Shown here: piece after piece, positions 41,286 through 54,988 of the stretch
Position numbering within the stretch: position 1 is the first letter of the stretch
Layout of the letters: every line of letters starts with the position of its first letter
Assembly (NCBI GenBank): GCA_964016885.1
Contig: OZ024741.1
Span: 181,288,001-181,352,000 of the forward strand
Source: Eledone cirrhosa
Lineage: Eukaryota
Reading direction: 5' to 3'
DNA: 64,000 nt
Notes under the pieces: generated by a model
What the model saw: the letters and a program-made list of their open reading frames with translations, nothing else
Databases searched by the model: none
Told to the model about the DNA's origin: nothing
Program-made: the position numbers and the translations under genes

Positions 41286-42466
41286 ATCTGCTGTCAACAC
41301 CCTTCGAAAGGAGGGCTGGGGAAGCCGTGGCTAATAATACGTAAACACGCATTAAGGCTACGGCACCTTCAGGTATTCCTCTCCAGTCAACCGGTGTGGG
41401 CCCCGTTTGTGAGGCGAGCCTTTCCCAGACTCGTCTCACTCACCTAGCTGCAATCCTGGGTCAAGCAAAGACCGAGAAAACTGGGCGCCTGGCACACCGA
41501 GTGTGCCCAAGCGCTCACGGCTCTCTGGCAGGCGGACCCGGCTGTCAGTGGAGAATCCACCTCGTCATTCTATAGAGGGCTGGTGGTTAGCAGGTGCGAC
41601 GACGCCCTCGGAGAAGCCCTAGGCATGGAGGAAGACGAACTGGCCAACCTGTTCGGTAGGACATTCAGCCCGGGACCCATGGATAACTTCCAGAGGTCCC
41701 TGGCCTGGCAATGCTACAGAAGGGCTCTTCCCGTTCGAGAAATGCTCTACAGACACGGGCGCCCGGGTAGGGACCCCTCGAAAAAGATCTGTCCCAGATG
41801 CGTGTGCGACGAGGAAACCGTTGCACACGCATTGGTACACTGCTCGGGCATTGCCGATCTATGGGGCTATGTCGAACAACTGCTGTCAAGGGTGGGACCG
41901 ATCCGGTTGACCACCGAGTCTATTGTAACGATCAAGCCGCCTCCCCTCTTCAAAAACGAAGGAGAGGCGGTGTTTCTGTGCGTAATAGCCATGGCGAAAG
42001 AGGTTGTATGGTGGACGCGTCTGAAAGGACTGAGGTCAGGCACCTTTCTCTCTGGCCAACAACTGGTCCGTTTCTTCCGATATCATTTCGGAAGAAGGAT
42101 CAGGATGGAGAGAGAGGTGCTGCACCCTAGCCGTTTTTATGAAAGATGGGTGAAAGTGGCGAGAATGGCCCGTGTGAATGGGCCTTCACTCTACATCAGA
42201 CTATAGGTGAGGAAGATGAAAGACCAAGGGAGCACCCCTTCTCTGTGCTCCCGAGGAAAAGGGTTGCACACTTTTTTCGGGGGTGTGTGCGACCCCCCAA
42301 GGCGCCTCCTCTCTATTGAGGATTTTGTTATATATTTTATTGTTATATTTTATTTTATTTTTATATTTTGTTATTGCCTCCTCCTTATTGAGGACGCCTT
42401 GTTTTGTAAACTCCCCCCTTTGTACTTGTCCCACTTTTGATGTCCTGGTGGCAAATAAAAGAAACA
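41286..42466 (+). mobile_element. 5'-truncated Tx1 copy (ORF2 C-terminus, ORF 41583-42206)
   Basis: Homologous to 5375-6532. 3' end runs into (TATC)n. Confidence 0.92.
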
Positions 42467-42510
<44 letters not shown>

Positions 42511-42542
42511 CATACATATATAAACACACACACACACACACG

Positions 42543-42576
<34 letters not shown>

Positions 42577-43077
42577 AACGCACACACACACACAAACGCA
42601 CACACACACACACACACTCACACAACAGGCGCACACTCGGAAATATTAAAAGAGTGCAATATACAAGACAAGGAAGATATTAAAGGGAAACAGTATAAAT
42701 AATAAGAAAAGCAGCACACAACACAACACCAGCAGAGTAGCAGAGACATGAATCTCTGTAGCGTATTGTTTATTGGCGGAGTCCCACATTAATTTCTATT
42801 TCGTTTTATTTTTTTCTACAGGAGGAGTTGACGTCACGGGATTTGCTGATTGACGTCAGTAGTCCCGAAATAGGCAGCAGCATGATTGAAAGAATGAAAC
42901 TAACGAGAAGATACTGGGATAGTTACCAGAGAGTCGTCATCATGCAGACAGCCAAGTTGTAAGTAGCCGATGCGAACAAAGTTTATGTATGTATGTATGT
43001 ATGTATGTATGTATGTATGTATGTATGTATGTATGTATGTATGTATGTATGTATGTATGTATGTATGTATGTATGTA

Positions 43078-43110
<33 letters not shown>

Positions 43111-43267
43111 ATGTATGTATATATATGTATGTACATACATATATGTATATATGCAAATATATATACATACATAAATGTATACATATATATATATATATAT
43201 ACATGCATACATGTATGCATGTATATATATATATACATGCATACATATATATACATACATATATATT

Positions 43268-43317
<50 letters not shown>

Positions 43318-43322
<5 letters not shown>

Positions 43323-43435
43323 GTTTCTACTATTGGCAGAAGGCCAGCAATTACCCAGTACATTACTGGTACTTTATATTATCGAGTACCAGTAATGTAC
43401 TGGTTAATTTCTGGCCTTGTGCCAATAGTAGAAAC

Positions 43436-43440
<5 letters not shown>
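43318..43440. mobile_element. Head-to-head pair of SINE 3' tails in (TA)n
   Basis: TAATTGTTTCTACT..CAGTACATTACTGGTACT | AGTACCAGTAATGTACTG..AGTAGAAACAATTA. Confidence 0.8.
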
Positions 43441-43488
<48 letters not shown>

Positions 43489-43562
43489 TATATATGTATA
43501 TATATGTATATATATAGATATGTATGTATGTATATATATGTATATGTATGTACATATATGTG

Positions 43563-43643
<81 letters not shown>

Positions 43644-44044
43644 ATATATTTGCATATATACATATATGTATATATAATGAAACAAAAGCCGCTCTGTTAG
43701 TTTGGTAGTCTGCCCATCTAAGCAGTCGATTTTCGTTCTTGAACTTCAACAAGTCAGCCACATTGACTTGGTATAATTTATCGATATTTATGTTCAACGC
43801 TTATTATCTTTTCTTTGCATTTCCTCTTTTGTATTTTGTTTTATCTCCCTACACTTTCCTTTTCCCACTTCTCCTCTAACCACTACTTCTCCACCTTACT
43901 CCAGCATATTCACTATCCTGTACATTTCTCATCCAATATTATCTTTATTGGTTATCATGTACTTCTACTGATGCCATTCTGACTGCGGTTTGAATTGAAG
44001 TGTATTCATTCTTATTGACACTGTTTCTCTTCGTACATTCATTG

Positions 44045-44085
<41 letters not shown>

Positions 44086-44111
44086 AACTGCTGCTGCTGC
44101 TACTGCTGCTG

Positions 44112-44182
<71 letters not shown>
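44045..44182. repeat. (ACT)n/(GCT)n microsatellite
   Basis: Direct reading. Confidence 0.97.
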
Positions 44183-44183
<1 letters not shown>

Positions 44184-44698
44184 TCCTTATTAGCAACACA
44201 GGGCTTTCATTAAGGAGACATTAAAGATGATAGAGGACGATACAGTGTGGGTTTTTTTGTGTAAAATAAAGTTTATAAAAGAAACTAAGAAAATAAACAT
44301 TTAAAACAAACAACAAATTCTCTAAAGGTGAGGAGACTCTAAGGGTCACTGGTGTAGAAATACCACAAAAGCCACGGTCAACCTGTCCACTAGGGCAAAG
44401 TGCCCTCTACCAGTTTTTCTACTACAATCTCAAGGCAGGCCCATTCACACGGACCATGCTTGCCATTCTCACCCACCTTTTAACAAATTGATTGGAAGCC
44501 AGCACTTCCCTCTCCACCCTGATTTTCCTCTTCAAGTGAAATCTGAAAAAGTTAACAGGACTTCGCCGAAGTAGAAAATGGCTGTCTTCAACCTTTTCAA
44601 ATGCGTCCACCACACGACCCCTTTCGCTATGGCCACCAGGCAGATAAAACCTACCCCTCTTTCCCCTCTAAAGGAGGATGGCAAGGCAATCTCCACAA
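44183..44698 (-). mobile_element. Tx1 3' fragment, different subfamily
   Basis: FFRFHLKRKIRVEREVL..RWVRMASMVRVNGPALRL. Ends GCCCTGTGTTGCTAATAAGGAAA|GTAGTAG. Confidence 0.85.
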
Positions 44699-44725
44699 TA
44701 TATATATATATTTATATATGTATTG

Positions 44726-44761
<36 letters not shown>

Positions 44762-44764
44762 TTG

Positions 44765-44796
<32 letters not shown>

Positions 44797-44836
44797 TTGT
44801 ATATATATATGTATATATATATATATATATATATTG

Positions 44837-44878
<42 letters not shown>

Positions 44879-44898
44879 ATATATATATATATATATTG

Positions 44899-45005
<107 letters not shown>

Positions 45006-45171
45006 ATTATGAATGCTAGTTGAAATTATAATATTTCCTTTGTTTAACACTTTGAATCTACCCGCCCAAAACCGGGGGTTGCTTCCCTTATTGGAAATAA
45101 CACGTGACAACTAAATGTACGTTTGGCTTGCTTATAGCAGCAGCATTTAGCGTCCACTCCGATTTTTGGCA

Positions 45172-45294
45172 GAACGGAATCCCTGTTGATGAAATGAATC
45201 CTCTGTTCGATCATGGAATACCACGAGCGTGCCTGTTACGTAAGTCGGATATTTGATTTCGGATTCATAGAAACACTTTAAACGTATACCGTTC
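45172..45294 (+). ncRNA. Hammerhead motif with extended stem II, in an unannotated ~500-bp element between (TA)n tracts
   Basis: TTGATGA-A-ATGAATCC...GGATTCAT-A-GAAA-CACTTTAAACG-TA; distal stem I GAACGG/CCGTTC. Confidence 0.55.
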
Positions 45295-45541
45295 GATTTG
45301 TCCAGGTGTATCTTTTTTAACCTGTTAGTTTTTTCGTTACTTTGGTATTGTGTGTTAGGTTTTGCCTACCACAATGTTCAATTTGTCAAGCTATTTAAAC
45401 GTATTATTACTCTAAGGACCTACCCTTATTGAGTGCTTTGCTAACTCATTCATATTGTAGGTCGACTTTGCTTGCCCACACCAATTTTACTTCGATTTTA
45501 CTAAGCTTCCACTTGTATGTATGTATATATATATATATATA

Positions 45542-46412
45542 CGAGGTGAGTCAGAAAAGTTCCAGGACTGATGTCACAAAAGATTTATTTCAAACCCAAA
45601 CTTCACACTAAGAGTTTTCTCCTTCAAAGTAATCCCTCTGGAGTATGTAACTGTAATCTTAGCTCTCTGCAGCAATCAAACTTTTTTCTTCATAATTCTG
45701 TTACATGTCCTCTGTTTCAGGTCGTCAAGCAATGAGCACAGAGCGACGAACAAATTTGAAAACTCCGCCAGAAGCACTGGGATTGCTGCAGCAAGTGTAT
45801 GGAGATGAGACGATGTCACGCTCACGTGTTTTTGAGTGGTGCAAGAGGTTTAAAGAAGGACGTGAGAACGTGGAAAATGACCCCAGGAGCGGAAGGCCCT
45901 CAACAACCAGGACTCAGGTCAACGTTGAGCGCGTCAGGCAGATGGTGAATAGCGATCGTCGGCTGACTGTTCGACTGATGGCAAATGAGCTGGGCATGAA
46001 TCGGGACAGCGTGTGGAAGATTCTCACTGAAGATTTGGACATGCGGGAAGTCTGTGGTGCCAAAACTGCTGAACGATGACCAGAAGGGTCGACGCATGCA
46101 CGTGTGCCAGGACATCCTCGAGCGTCTTGAAACCGAACCAGACTTGCTAGGGTCAGTCATCACCGGTGATGAGTCATAGATGGAGGGACCCGTTTTGAAG
46201 ACGTGGACGACATCAAAAAGGGTGTGACGACGGAACTGCGGAGGATCCTGGAAGAATCCTTCCAGGAGTGCATGCAAGCGTGGCAGAAAAGGATGGAAAA
46301 GTGCATTAGACTCCAGGGGGATTACTTTGAAGGAGAAAACTCTTAGTGTGAAGTTTAGGTTCGAAATAAATCTTTTGTGACATCAGTCCTGGAACTTTTC
46401 TGACCCACCTCG
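45542..46412 (+). mobile_element. Internally deleted mariner with ~100-bp TIRs in TA context
   Basis: TIR CGAGGTGAGTCAGAAAAGTTCCAGGACTG.../...CAGTCCTGGAACTTTTCTGACCCACCTCG. HTH (VFEWCKRFKEGRE..RSGRPST), VPKLL and ITGDES joined to KCIRLQGDYFE. Confidence 0.92.
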
Positions 46413-46476
46413 TATATATATATATATATATATATATACGAGGTGGGTCAGAAAAGTTCCAGGACTGATGTCACAA

Positions 46477-46539
<63 letters not shown>

Positions 46540-46581
46540 AAGATATTAAATAAATGGAAACTATATTTATAAAACCATATT

Positions 46582-46645
46582 TATTTTATTATATATATTT
46601 CAAGGGTACCAAGACAACATTGATACGCTTTCATCAGATAAAATA
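46582..46645 (-). ncRNA. Hammerhead ribozyme (family B), apparently intact
   Basis: TATTTTAT-CTGATGA-AAGCGTATCAA-TGTTGTC-TTGGTACCCTT-GAAA-TATATA-TA-ATAAAATA, with an 8-bp stem I. Confidence 0.85.
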
Positions 46646-47051
46646 CAAAGCTTGTTTTATAAAAAGAGACATAACCATAAAAATCATATCCTATCGGTTG
46701 GAAATTCACTAATATTTACATTTACTCCAGTAAACTGTTGAGTGCTCTAAATCAGTTATGAACATTTATATTTGTTGGACTTCCAACAAATTAAATACCC
46801 CTTCTACTTATATATATATATATATATATATATAGTAATAATAATACATGTGAAGACTAAAATCCAAAGAGGGCTCGATAAGGATAAATATATATCAAAT
46901 ATATAAGAACCCTAGAGCAAATATTTATTGAAACTAACAGATTAAAGTTTAAGCACAGAATCACTGCTTTCACCCTTAACGGGATCTGAAATATATAAAT
47001 ATATATATATATTTAGAGATAGATATATTTCTTAGATAGATAGATAGATAA

Positions 47052-50000
47052 CTTTCTATTTATTTGCCACCAGGGCATCAAAGATTGGGACAAATACAAG
47101 AGGGGGAGTTTACATACATTTCAAGAGACGTGTAAAAACAACAAATCAAATTCAACAATCGAAGTCCTCAATAGGGAGGGGGCGTTGACGTGGGTCGCAC
47201 ACACCCCCTAAAAAAATGTGCAACTCTCCTCCCCAGGAGCATAAAGAGCGGGTGCTCCCTTCCTCCCCCTTCCTCTCCTCTCTCACCTACAGGCTGATAT
47301 AGAGAGAAGGCCCATTCACTCGGGCCGTTCTCGCCACTTTCACCCACCTGTCATAAAACTTGCTGGGGTAGAGCACCTCTCTCTCCATTCTGATCCTTCT
47401 TCTAAAATGGTACTTGAAAAAAAGGACCAGTTGTTGGCTGGAGAGAAAAGTGTCTGACCTCAGCCCTTTCAGCCTCGTCCTCCATACAACCTCTTTCGCC
47501 ATAGCTATCACACAGAGTAAAACCGCCTCTCCTTCGTTTTTGAAGTGGGGAGGCGGTTTGATCGTGACAATGTACTCGGTGGTCAACCGGATTGGTCCCA
47601 CCCGCGACAGTAGTCGTTCCACATAGCCCCACAGGTCAGCAACGCCCGGGAAGTGTACGAATGCGTGCGCGACGGTTTCCTCGTCACGCACACATCTCCG
47701 ACAGATCTTCTTCGAGGGGTCCCTACCCGGGCGCCCGTGTCTGTAGAGCTTGTCCCAACGGGTAGAGCTCCTCGGTTTGCACTGCCAAGCCAGGGACCTT
47801 TGGAAGTTGTCCATCGGTCCCGGGACAAACGTCCTACAGAACAAACTGGCTAGCTCGTCTTCCTCCATGCCCAGAGCCTCTCCGAGACCGTCGTCGCACT
47901 TGCTGCGCACCAATCCTCTATAGAATGTTGAGGTTGAGTCTCCACTGATTGCCGGATCCGCTTGCCAGAGGGCCGTGACCACTTGGGCACATTCTATGTG
48001 CCAGTCGCCCCTTTTCTCGGTCTTTGCTTGACCCAGCATTGCAGCTCGGTGAGTGAGACGAGTCTCGGAAAGGTTCGCCTCACAAAAGGGGCCCACACAG
48101 GCTGACCGGTGAGGAATACCTGGAGATGGCGTAGCCTTAATGCGTGTCTACGCATCTTTCAGCCACGGCATCCCCAGCCCTCCGTTCGAAGGGTGTTGAC
48201 AGCAGATGGATCTTCTCACCAAAGGGGCCCCGCTTCTTCCAAAGGAATCGGAAGAGCGCGGGCTCCATTTTGGCGAGCGTTTTCTCTGGGCAAGGCACGA
48301 CGGTGAAGCGGTAGTAGATGACGGACGCTATATAAGTGTTCGCCACCTCCGCTCGACCTTTCAGGGATAGTTTGCACTCGGCCCACTTGTGGGCGAGTGC
48401 AAACACCCTGCCCGTTACCCCGTCCCAGTTTTTCTCCACCTGGAGGTCCGGTCCGAACCAGACCCCGAGCAGCTTCACCGGTCCCTCCGTCCAGCGCCCG
48501 ACGACGCCGTCGGAGGGCATCGGTTTGCCTCTCCACGTTCCGAGTTGCAAACCGACGGACTTGTCCCGGATCAGCTTGGCTCCTGTAAACCTTTCGTATT
48601 CCTCCAGTAAGGTGCCGATCTGCCCGATTTCCGAGGCGCACGACACCATTACTGTCACGTCATCAGCGTAGGCCGACACCGCTTTCCGCAATCCCGGTTC
48701 CAAGGGGATTCCCTGCAACAGCTCCAACTTTCGCATTAGTGGCTCGAGAGTCAGTACGTACAGAAGGGAGGAGAGAGGGCATCCATGTCGAATGGATCGC
48801 GTGATATGGAACGGATCTGAGAGGTAGCCGTTCACCTTGACCCTTGAGCAGATGTTGCTGTTGTGCATTGCAGCAATCCAGCCCCTGAAAACGGGTCCGA
48901 AGCCTGCCGCCGCGAGCACCGCATCCAGGTACCGATGGTCGACCCTATCGAACGCCTTAGATTGATCCAAGTTGATCAGGGCCCCACCAAATCCGTGTTC
49001 GTTCCCTACCCTCTCTACGATGTATCGTAGGTGGAGTTTGTCGTGTATGGACCTGGACGGGATTGCGCATGTCTGCGCTTCTCCCACCAGGTTCCCGACG
49101 ACAAGCGCCAACCTCTTTGCTAACACCTTGGCCAAAATCTTTAACTCTGTGTTTAGCAGAGTTATGGGCCTGAAGTTATCTATGTCATCCCCCTTGTTCT
49201 CGTCCTTCCTCACCAGCGTGACTACGCCCTTGGTCACAGAACTGGGAATTCTCCCGTTCTGTTGCCAGTTGCAGTAGACCGCCTCGAGGAGATTGGAGAA
49301 CAAATCCGGCATCGCTACATAAATTTCGTATGGTAGACCATCGAGACCAGGAGATTTGCGTTTGCCGCATCCCCTATTTCAGCGCTTCCCCTATTTCAGC
49401 GGCTGAGATCGGCCTTTCGCAGGACTTCGCCTCCCCGTCCGAGAGCCCCGACAGACCGTCGAGGTATGGACCGAAATCCATGGCGTCACCCGGCTCGCCG
49501 CCCCTCCCGAACAGTCGTGCAAAGCGCCGTTGAAAGGCCGCGCACATCCGCCCAGGTTCAAGGATCACACGTCCATCCTGGTTTTTCAAAGACCGAATCG
49601 TGGACTTTTTTCCACTTTTTGCCTCTGTCACTCGGGCCCAGCTAACAGCTTTGGCTCCCTCGTTACCCAGAGCACGTATTTTACTCCTGACAACACAGCC
49701 CTCGTGCTTCGCGTCAAAGAACTGGTCTAGGGCCGTTCTTGATGCCAGCACGCCGGCCACGTTGCCCCTCCTAATCGCCTCTTCTACTCTATCTATCAAT
49801 TCCCGTTCAGTTCTATTCCTATCTGATGCTAATTCCTGACTAAAACCTATCGATTCTATTCTAATTTCTCTCTTGAGAGAGCTCCACCATCTGTTGTTGA
49901 CAATTGCCCCGTCAACCGTTGCTTAACTAGAGTGCTAATCCGCTTACTGTAAGCTTTGTTTGTCGGTAAGGACAAGTTTAGCTTCTAGTAACCGGGTCCT

Positions 50001-52773
50001 TGTCTATGGGTTCTATCAAGGTTGACCACTCCGGTCACCAACTTGTAATCCGAATAGTCAACCATGAACATTCGTGGACAGCTTAATATGTCCCTATCCT
50101 TATTTCTAACTAGGAACCTATCTAGGTACGACCTAGATGTTCCGCTAAGATTAGTCCACGTCCACAGTGGCACAGTCGGAAAATCTAGTCGATATCTATC
50201 GGCCAGACCAAATCGGCCGATTAACTGTTTGAGGCTGTTACAACCCCCTCTATCGGGACATGCCCCTACATAGTCCCAACGTGCATCCAGGATACCATTC
50301 CAGTTCCCCACTAAAAGCAAGGAGCGAGACGTTCCCAGAAAAGTCTCTAGGCGTTGGAAGAAGTCCGGTCGCGGTGTCCCAGATGAGGCATATGCTGCCA
50401 CCAGCCTGAAGGCTCCACCTTCCCTACTGCCTACGTCTAGAACCACCAATCGACCCTCCGAGTCCAGGTGTACCTTCCGTGTTGCGAGGCCCAGGTGTTT
50501 TCGCAGCAGAACGACCACCCCGCCCCCACCCCCGGCTGACAGAGAGATGCATAGATCTCAAAGTCGTCGAAGATGGGGGCCAGTTGGTGCTCGCTGCTGA
50601 TCCTGGACTCGCAAATAGTTATCACATCTATTCTGTGCGACCTGAGGTCATTTAAGTGTTTGCCCTGCTTCCAGGACATCCACAGGCCGCGCACATTTAA
50701 ACATCCAACTCTTATAACAACCATGTTGGTGGTGAAGAGTTTAGAGTGGAGAAAAAGGAAAAGACACCTACCTGTCCCTCTCCTGGGGACCAGGCTGCAC
50801 AATTTCCATGAGGGTGTCGGCAGGGTTGTTTGGTGAGGTGGTGGTTTGGGATGTGTACGGGAACATCAGTGTGTGGTAGGGTGGGGGTGTTTGGTGGGGG
50901 AGGGGTGTCTGGGGTGGTGGTGGGGAAACATTTCAAGAGGACGCGGTTACTAGGTCTAGTACAGGGGTTCCCTACGTCCTCGGGAAAGTTTTGTTTGAGC
51001 ATTGCGTAGGTGTCCCTTGGGACCATAACCATGTTTAAATGTGGTTTAGTCGCCGCGTTGGTGAACATTTTCCCTTCGGTTTCCACCTAAGGATCTTTGT
51101 CTATTGTTTGCACAAGTGTTTTGTTGTTTGTATTGATGTATGTATACTGTTTTTGTTGTGTTGTGTTTGTTTTTGTTTGTTGTTCTTGTATGTGTTTCCG
51201 TTTTGTAGTATGTGTTATGGTTTCGGGAGGGGTGGGTTTTTTGGTTTGTGATATTTGTTCTGTTTGTGCTGGTGGTTGTGTGTTTGTTGCATTTTTGTTA
51301 ATATGGTGCCTTCTTTTCTTTCTTTTTACAGATTGAAATGGTTCTCCCTCGTCGTCACTGGGTGACGTTGATAAGGGGTCCTCGTTCGTGTTGTTGGGGA
51401 GGGGTATATTTTGGGGTTTTGTTGTGGTTGCTTTTGTATTTGTATTTGATAAGGGGTTGGGTGGGACAGTGTCTTGTGTTGTTATTTTTTCGTGTTGTTG
51501 TTGTTGTGGTGGTGGTGGTTGTGTTGTTGTGTGTGGTGGGCAGAAGCGTCTTTTTTTTTTGGGGGGGGGGTGCATTTAAAAGGGGACAGGAAGCCCCAGG
51601 TGACCCCTTCTTGAACAGTGGTAGCATGAAGGCCGCCTGCCCTCAACAGAAATGTTTATTAAGGCGACTCCATCCAGGGACACACGCTGCGGTATTTTTG
51701 CTCATTTGGACTCATTTGGACCAGAACTTCAAGGCTATTGCCGCCGAATACGCCCCCGATGGATTCGCCTATTGAAAGGATTGTGTCCTCATCTTCTAAG
51801 AATCCCGTTAGCACCCACCAAATGCTCACATTTGGCCTGATGCCCGAGATTCTTATCTTTTGAGTTCTTTTCCCCAAATATGTGGGGAAAAAGGTGTATG
51901 CTTTGGATACAATTGGCGACACAGAATATTTCCGTGCCGCCAATTCTTCTTGCATTAAAACAGATATGCTTCCCTTTCTGTATGAAAGCTATATCCTTCC
52001 AGGCACTACTTAGGACCAGCTCAATTTCGCTTTGGGACAATTGACCCGGTTTCCTAGTCGTGTTCGAAACTGTCCTAAAGATTACAGTCCTGAGGACTGT
52101 GTCCCTTCTAATTTCTTCGGGGGAGGTAATTGTGAATTCCCCACCTTCCCCGAAATTTACACAATTCCTTGCTTCTTTCAGCAATTTCTTGGCATTCGAG
52201 ATGTCTAGTGCCTTGTATGTCTGCGTTTCTCGGACCGCCTGTGCGAAGGAGACTGCAGCTGTGGGTCCGTTTTCTTTCGTGTTGTTATCATTGTTGTTGT
52301 TATTCGTGTTGGCTTGCTTTTTTCCTTTGTTGCTCTTGTCATTATTGCTGTTGTTGGTTGTGTTGTTATTGTCATTGTTGCTGTTGTTGGTTGTGTTGTT
52401 ATTGTCATTATTGTTCTTGTTTGTGTAATTGTTACTTTTGGGGTTTTCACCCATTTCCACAATTTTTTCTTTTGATTCCGTGGTGTCTTTTGCGGGAATA
52501 AGGAGGGAAGGCTTACAGCATTGTGCTGCTACCTTCTCTCTATCACTTTCCGTATTAATGGAGTCCATTGTCACTAAACGAATTTTTATCGACAACTTAT
52601 AACTATTAAATTTCGCCCCAAAAAGGGGCGAAATTTATTTTACCCAACGTCTGTAGGCCCAAGCGAGGGGTTAAACACAACAAATAACAAATTACTTAAA
52701 CAGACCTACCGCTTCTCGTAATAAATTCCGACAAAATGCAGGAGCGAAACAAAAACACGTCTATCTTCTCCGA
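47052..52773 (-). mobile_element. Near full-length Tx1 element (copy B): ORF1 ~52595-50768, ORF2 50724-47287, frameshifted
   Basis: Same APE/RT/zinc-finger motifs as copy A. (GATA)n at both ends (47034-47051 and 52772-52793). Confidence 0.93.
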
Positions 52774-52853
52774 GATAGATAGATAGATAGATACAGTAGA
52801 TACAGAGTGTGTAACCGAGACTGCATTGACGTGTAAATATATACACATATTTA

Positions 52854-53028
52854 AGAGGGTCGACAGAAAAGTTCATAGGCTGCCTATGAAGGATTGATGT
52901 TAGAGCTGTGAAATCTTGCATGCATTAATTTCAACTCTTCCTATTAATAACTGTATTTTTCCTTCCAGGAACTATGTTGAAAAATAAACCTCATTTGCTC
53001 ATTCCTATGAACTTTCCTCCAATCCTCT
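52854..53028. mobile_element. Mariner-type MITE
   Basis: TA|AGAGGGTCGACAGAAAAGTTCATAGG ... CCTATGAACTTTCCTCCAATCCTCT|TA. Confidence 0.65.
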
Positions 53029-53068
53029 TAATATGTAGGCGTGTAAACACGCCAGAAATACAATTTTA

Positions 53069-53113
53069 TCCAGTAATCGATTTTCAGATCTAATTTGATC
53101 TTCATCAGAAGGC
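53069..53113 (-). ncRNA. Hammerhead motif (stem I decayed)
   Basis: CTGATGA-AGATC-AAATTA-GATCT-GAAA-ATCGAT-TA. Confidence 0.6.
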
Positions 53114-53228
53114 ATGTATATCATCATTCAACCACAAGGAAAGTGTATTTGATAGGTATACATTCGCTCTGAAATGGACGTACTAATTTGCGTATAATTA
53201 ACACTCGTGTTGGTAATTAAGATATATA

Positions 53229-54588
53229 GTGAGAAGTTCGTTAGCAGCTGAAGTGTACGACAAAGTTATATCTCTAAAAATACACAGGGAAAATCTATCT
53301 GTATTTGCTGTTCATTGTGTCATTCATCGACAACACTTGGCTGCGAAGAAACTCAGCAAGCCACTGAGCAAGTCCTTGCAGGTGGCCATTGATGTCAAAG
53401 GAATCTTTGTTGACGGGAATTCTATAATTTTCCTAGTGTCGCCAATGTTCAAAACATTGTAAGTGATGACCAACTCCAAATGTATACCACTCATCTCCGT
53501 ACGCTACAAGACAACATGAGAGAATGGTTTGTCGACCTTTTGCCGATGGACATCCCAATGTGGATAGCAGATCCCTTCATAGCTAACGTCGATGATTTCG
53601 ACATTAAATTTCAGGAATAATTCATTGAACTTCAAGCAGATGACATGATCAAAATTAGATTTCCCCAAATAGGTGAACCCCTTTTTGGGATGCAAGAGGA
53701 AATTCCGCGTCGATTTCCACACCTACATGCCGAGGCTAAGAGATTTGCTCTGCCTTTTCCAAGCTCATACTTAGTCGAGAGGAGGTTTGGTGTTGTTTCC
53801 AGACTGCACAGTAAGGCTCGCAACCGCTACAATGTAATTACAGGTGGAGATCTCCGGCTACATCTTACGAAAATCCAGCCTGACATCAAAGAGTTAGCTA
53901 GACTCCATCAAGCTCAAGGGTCCCATTGAAATGAAGTCAAAGTTAAAGTAAGTTGATTTATACGAAAACTTGGATATGCTATTGTTACAAAGCAAACTAA
54001 CAATTTTTTTATTTGTAGTTGCAGTCTGACTGGACTGGAAACCATCTACTACAATTCAATTACTCATTTGTTATATATATTTTACCATTTATTAATAAAT
54101 ATACCCTCCTGCGTGGTCATGAAAACCCTCTTCTGTGGTCTCAAAAAGCAGAGGGGACATCGAGTTAGATATCAACATTTATTCTGTCCGTTTCATTAAA
54201 GGGAAAATTGGAAAGCTTTGAAATGATATAATTGCCACTTTCTTCCAGATAAGAGCACTCTTTGGATAGACAGAGTTGCTCTTGTATATATGTTCAAAAT
54301 AGCTGGTATCGCCTGGTGGGAATATAACAAATTCAGCGGGTCCTTATTCATAAAAAAGAACATTTGTGTTCCTTTTTTTGAAATTTATATATTTCCTTTC
54401 AAGGAATGTATTTATACTCTCAGCTGCCTGCAATGGTATCTTTGGAATATTGTTAAATTTTCAGTAATCTACTGATATCTAAATCAGTAGTATATTGAAA
54501 AATGGAAAAATAGGGGGGGGGGGGGGGGCGGTTCATGATTTCGAGGGACAAAAGGAGGCGTTTGGCCTAAATGGGTTGAGAATCTGTG
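53229..54588 (+). mobile_element. hAT (Charlie/Buster-type) transposase remnant and right end
   Basis: HCVIHRQHLAAK, WIADP, LPFPSSYLVER.F, GDLRLHLTKIQPDI..HQAQGSH. End GGTTGAGAATCTGTG|GTCTAGAG. Confidence 0.8.
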
Positions 54589-54622
54589 GTCTAGAGAGAG
54601 GATTCCAACAGAAGTAGCGCCA

Positions 54623-54663
54623 ACTGCCGACGTATCTCTTGCTCTGGCCATCATCAGGACAGT
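54623..54663 (-). ncRNA. Decayed hammerhead candidate
   Basis: ACTGTC-CTGATGA-TGGC-CAGA-GCAA-GAGA-TACG-TC-GGCAGT; GAAA is mutated. Confidence 0.4.
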
Positions 54664-54988
54664 GTTTTCCCTGAATTTAATGCAGCAAAGCTTATATAAT
54701 ACTACGGGATTTGGTAGGTCCTATTGTTCACGAAATCCATCCAATAGTGCTGACAGGAAGAAAATGGCGCACGTAAAGTCGTGAAGGATGCAAGAATCAT
54801 CCTTTAAATGAAAGAGGTGATAGGTGCGGCATAGAATCTACGGACACGGAAAAAATAGAATATTATAGGTAGTTTAGATAGTAACTGAAGAATTTAAGGA
54901 GGAAGAGCGTTTCACTACGACAGAAGAGCTAGGAATACAATGCACATGGACAGCATAAGAAATAGTCCCACATTAAGTTCCCATACAA

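Noticed and set aside
46950-46990. T-CCC-GTTAA-GGG-T-GAAA (minus) partial hammerhead
   Set aside because: 5' core missing and stem III/UH unclear.
52280-52440. Asn/Thr-rich 33-bp repeat as a separate gene
   Set aside because: Low-complexity N-terminal part of Tx1 ORF1.
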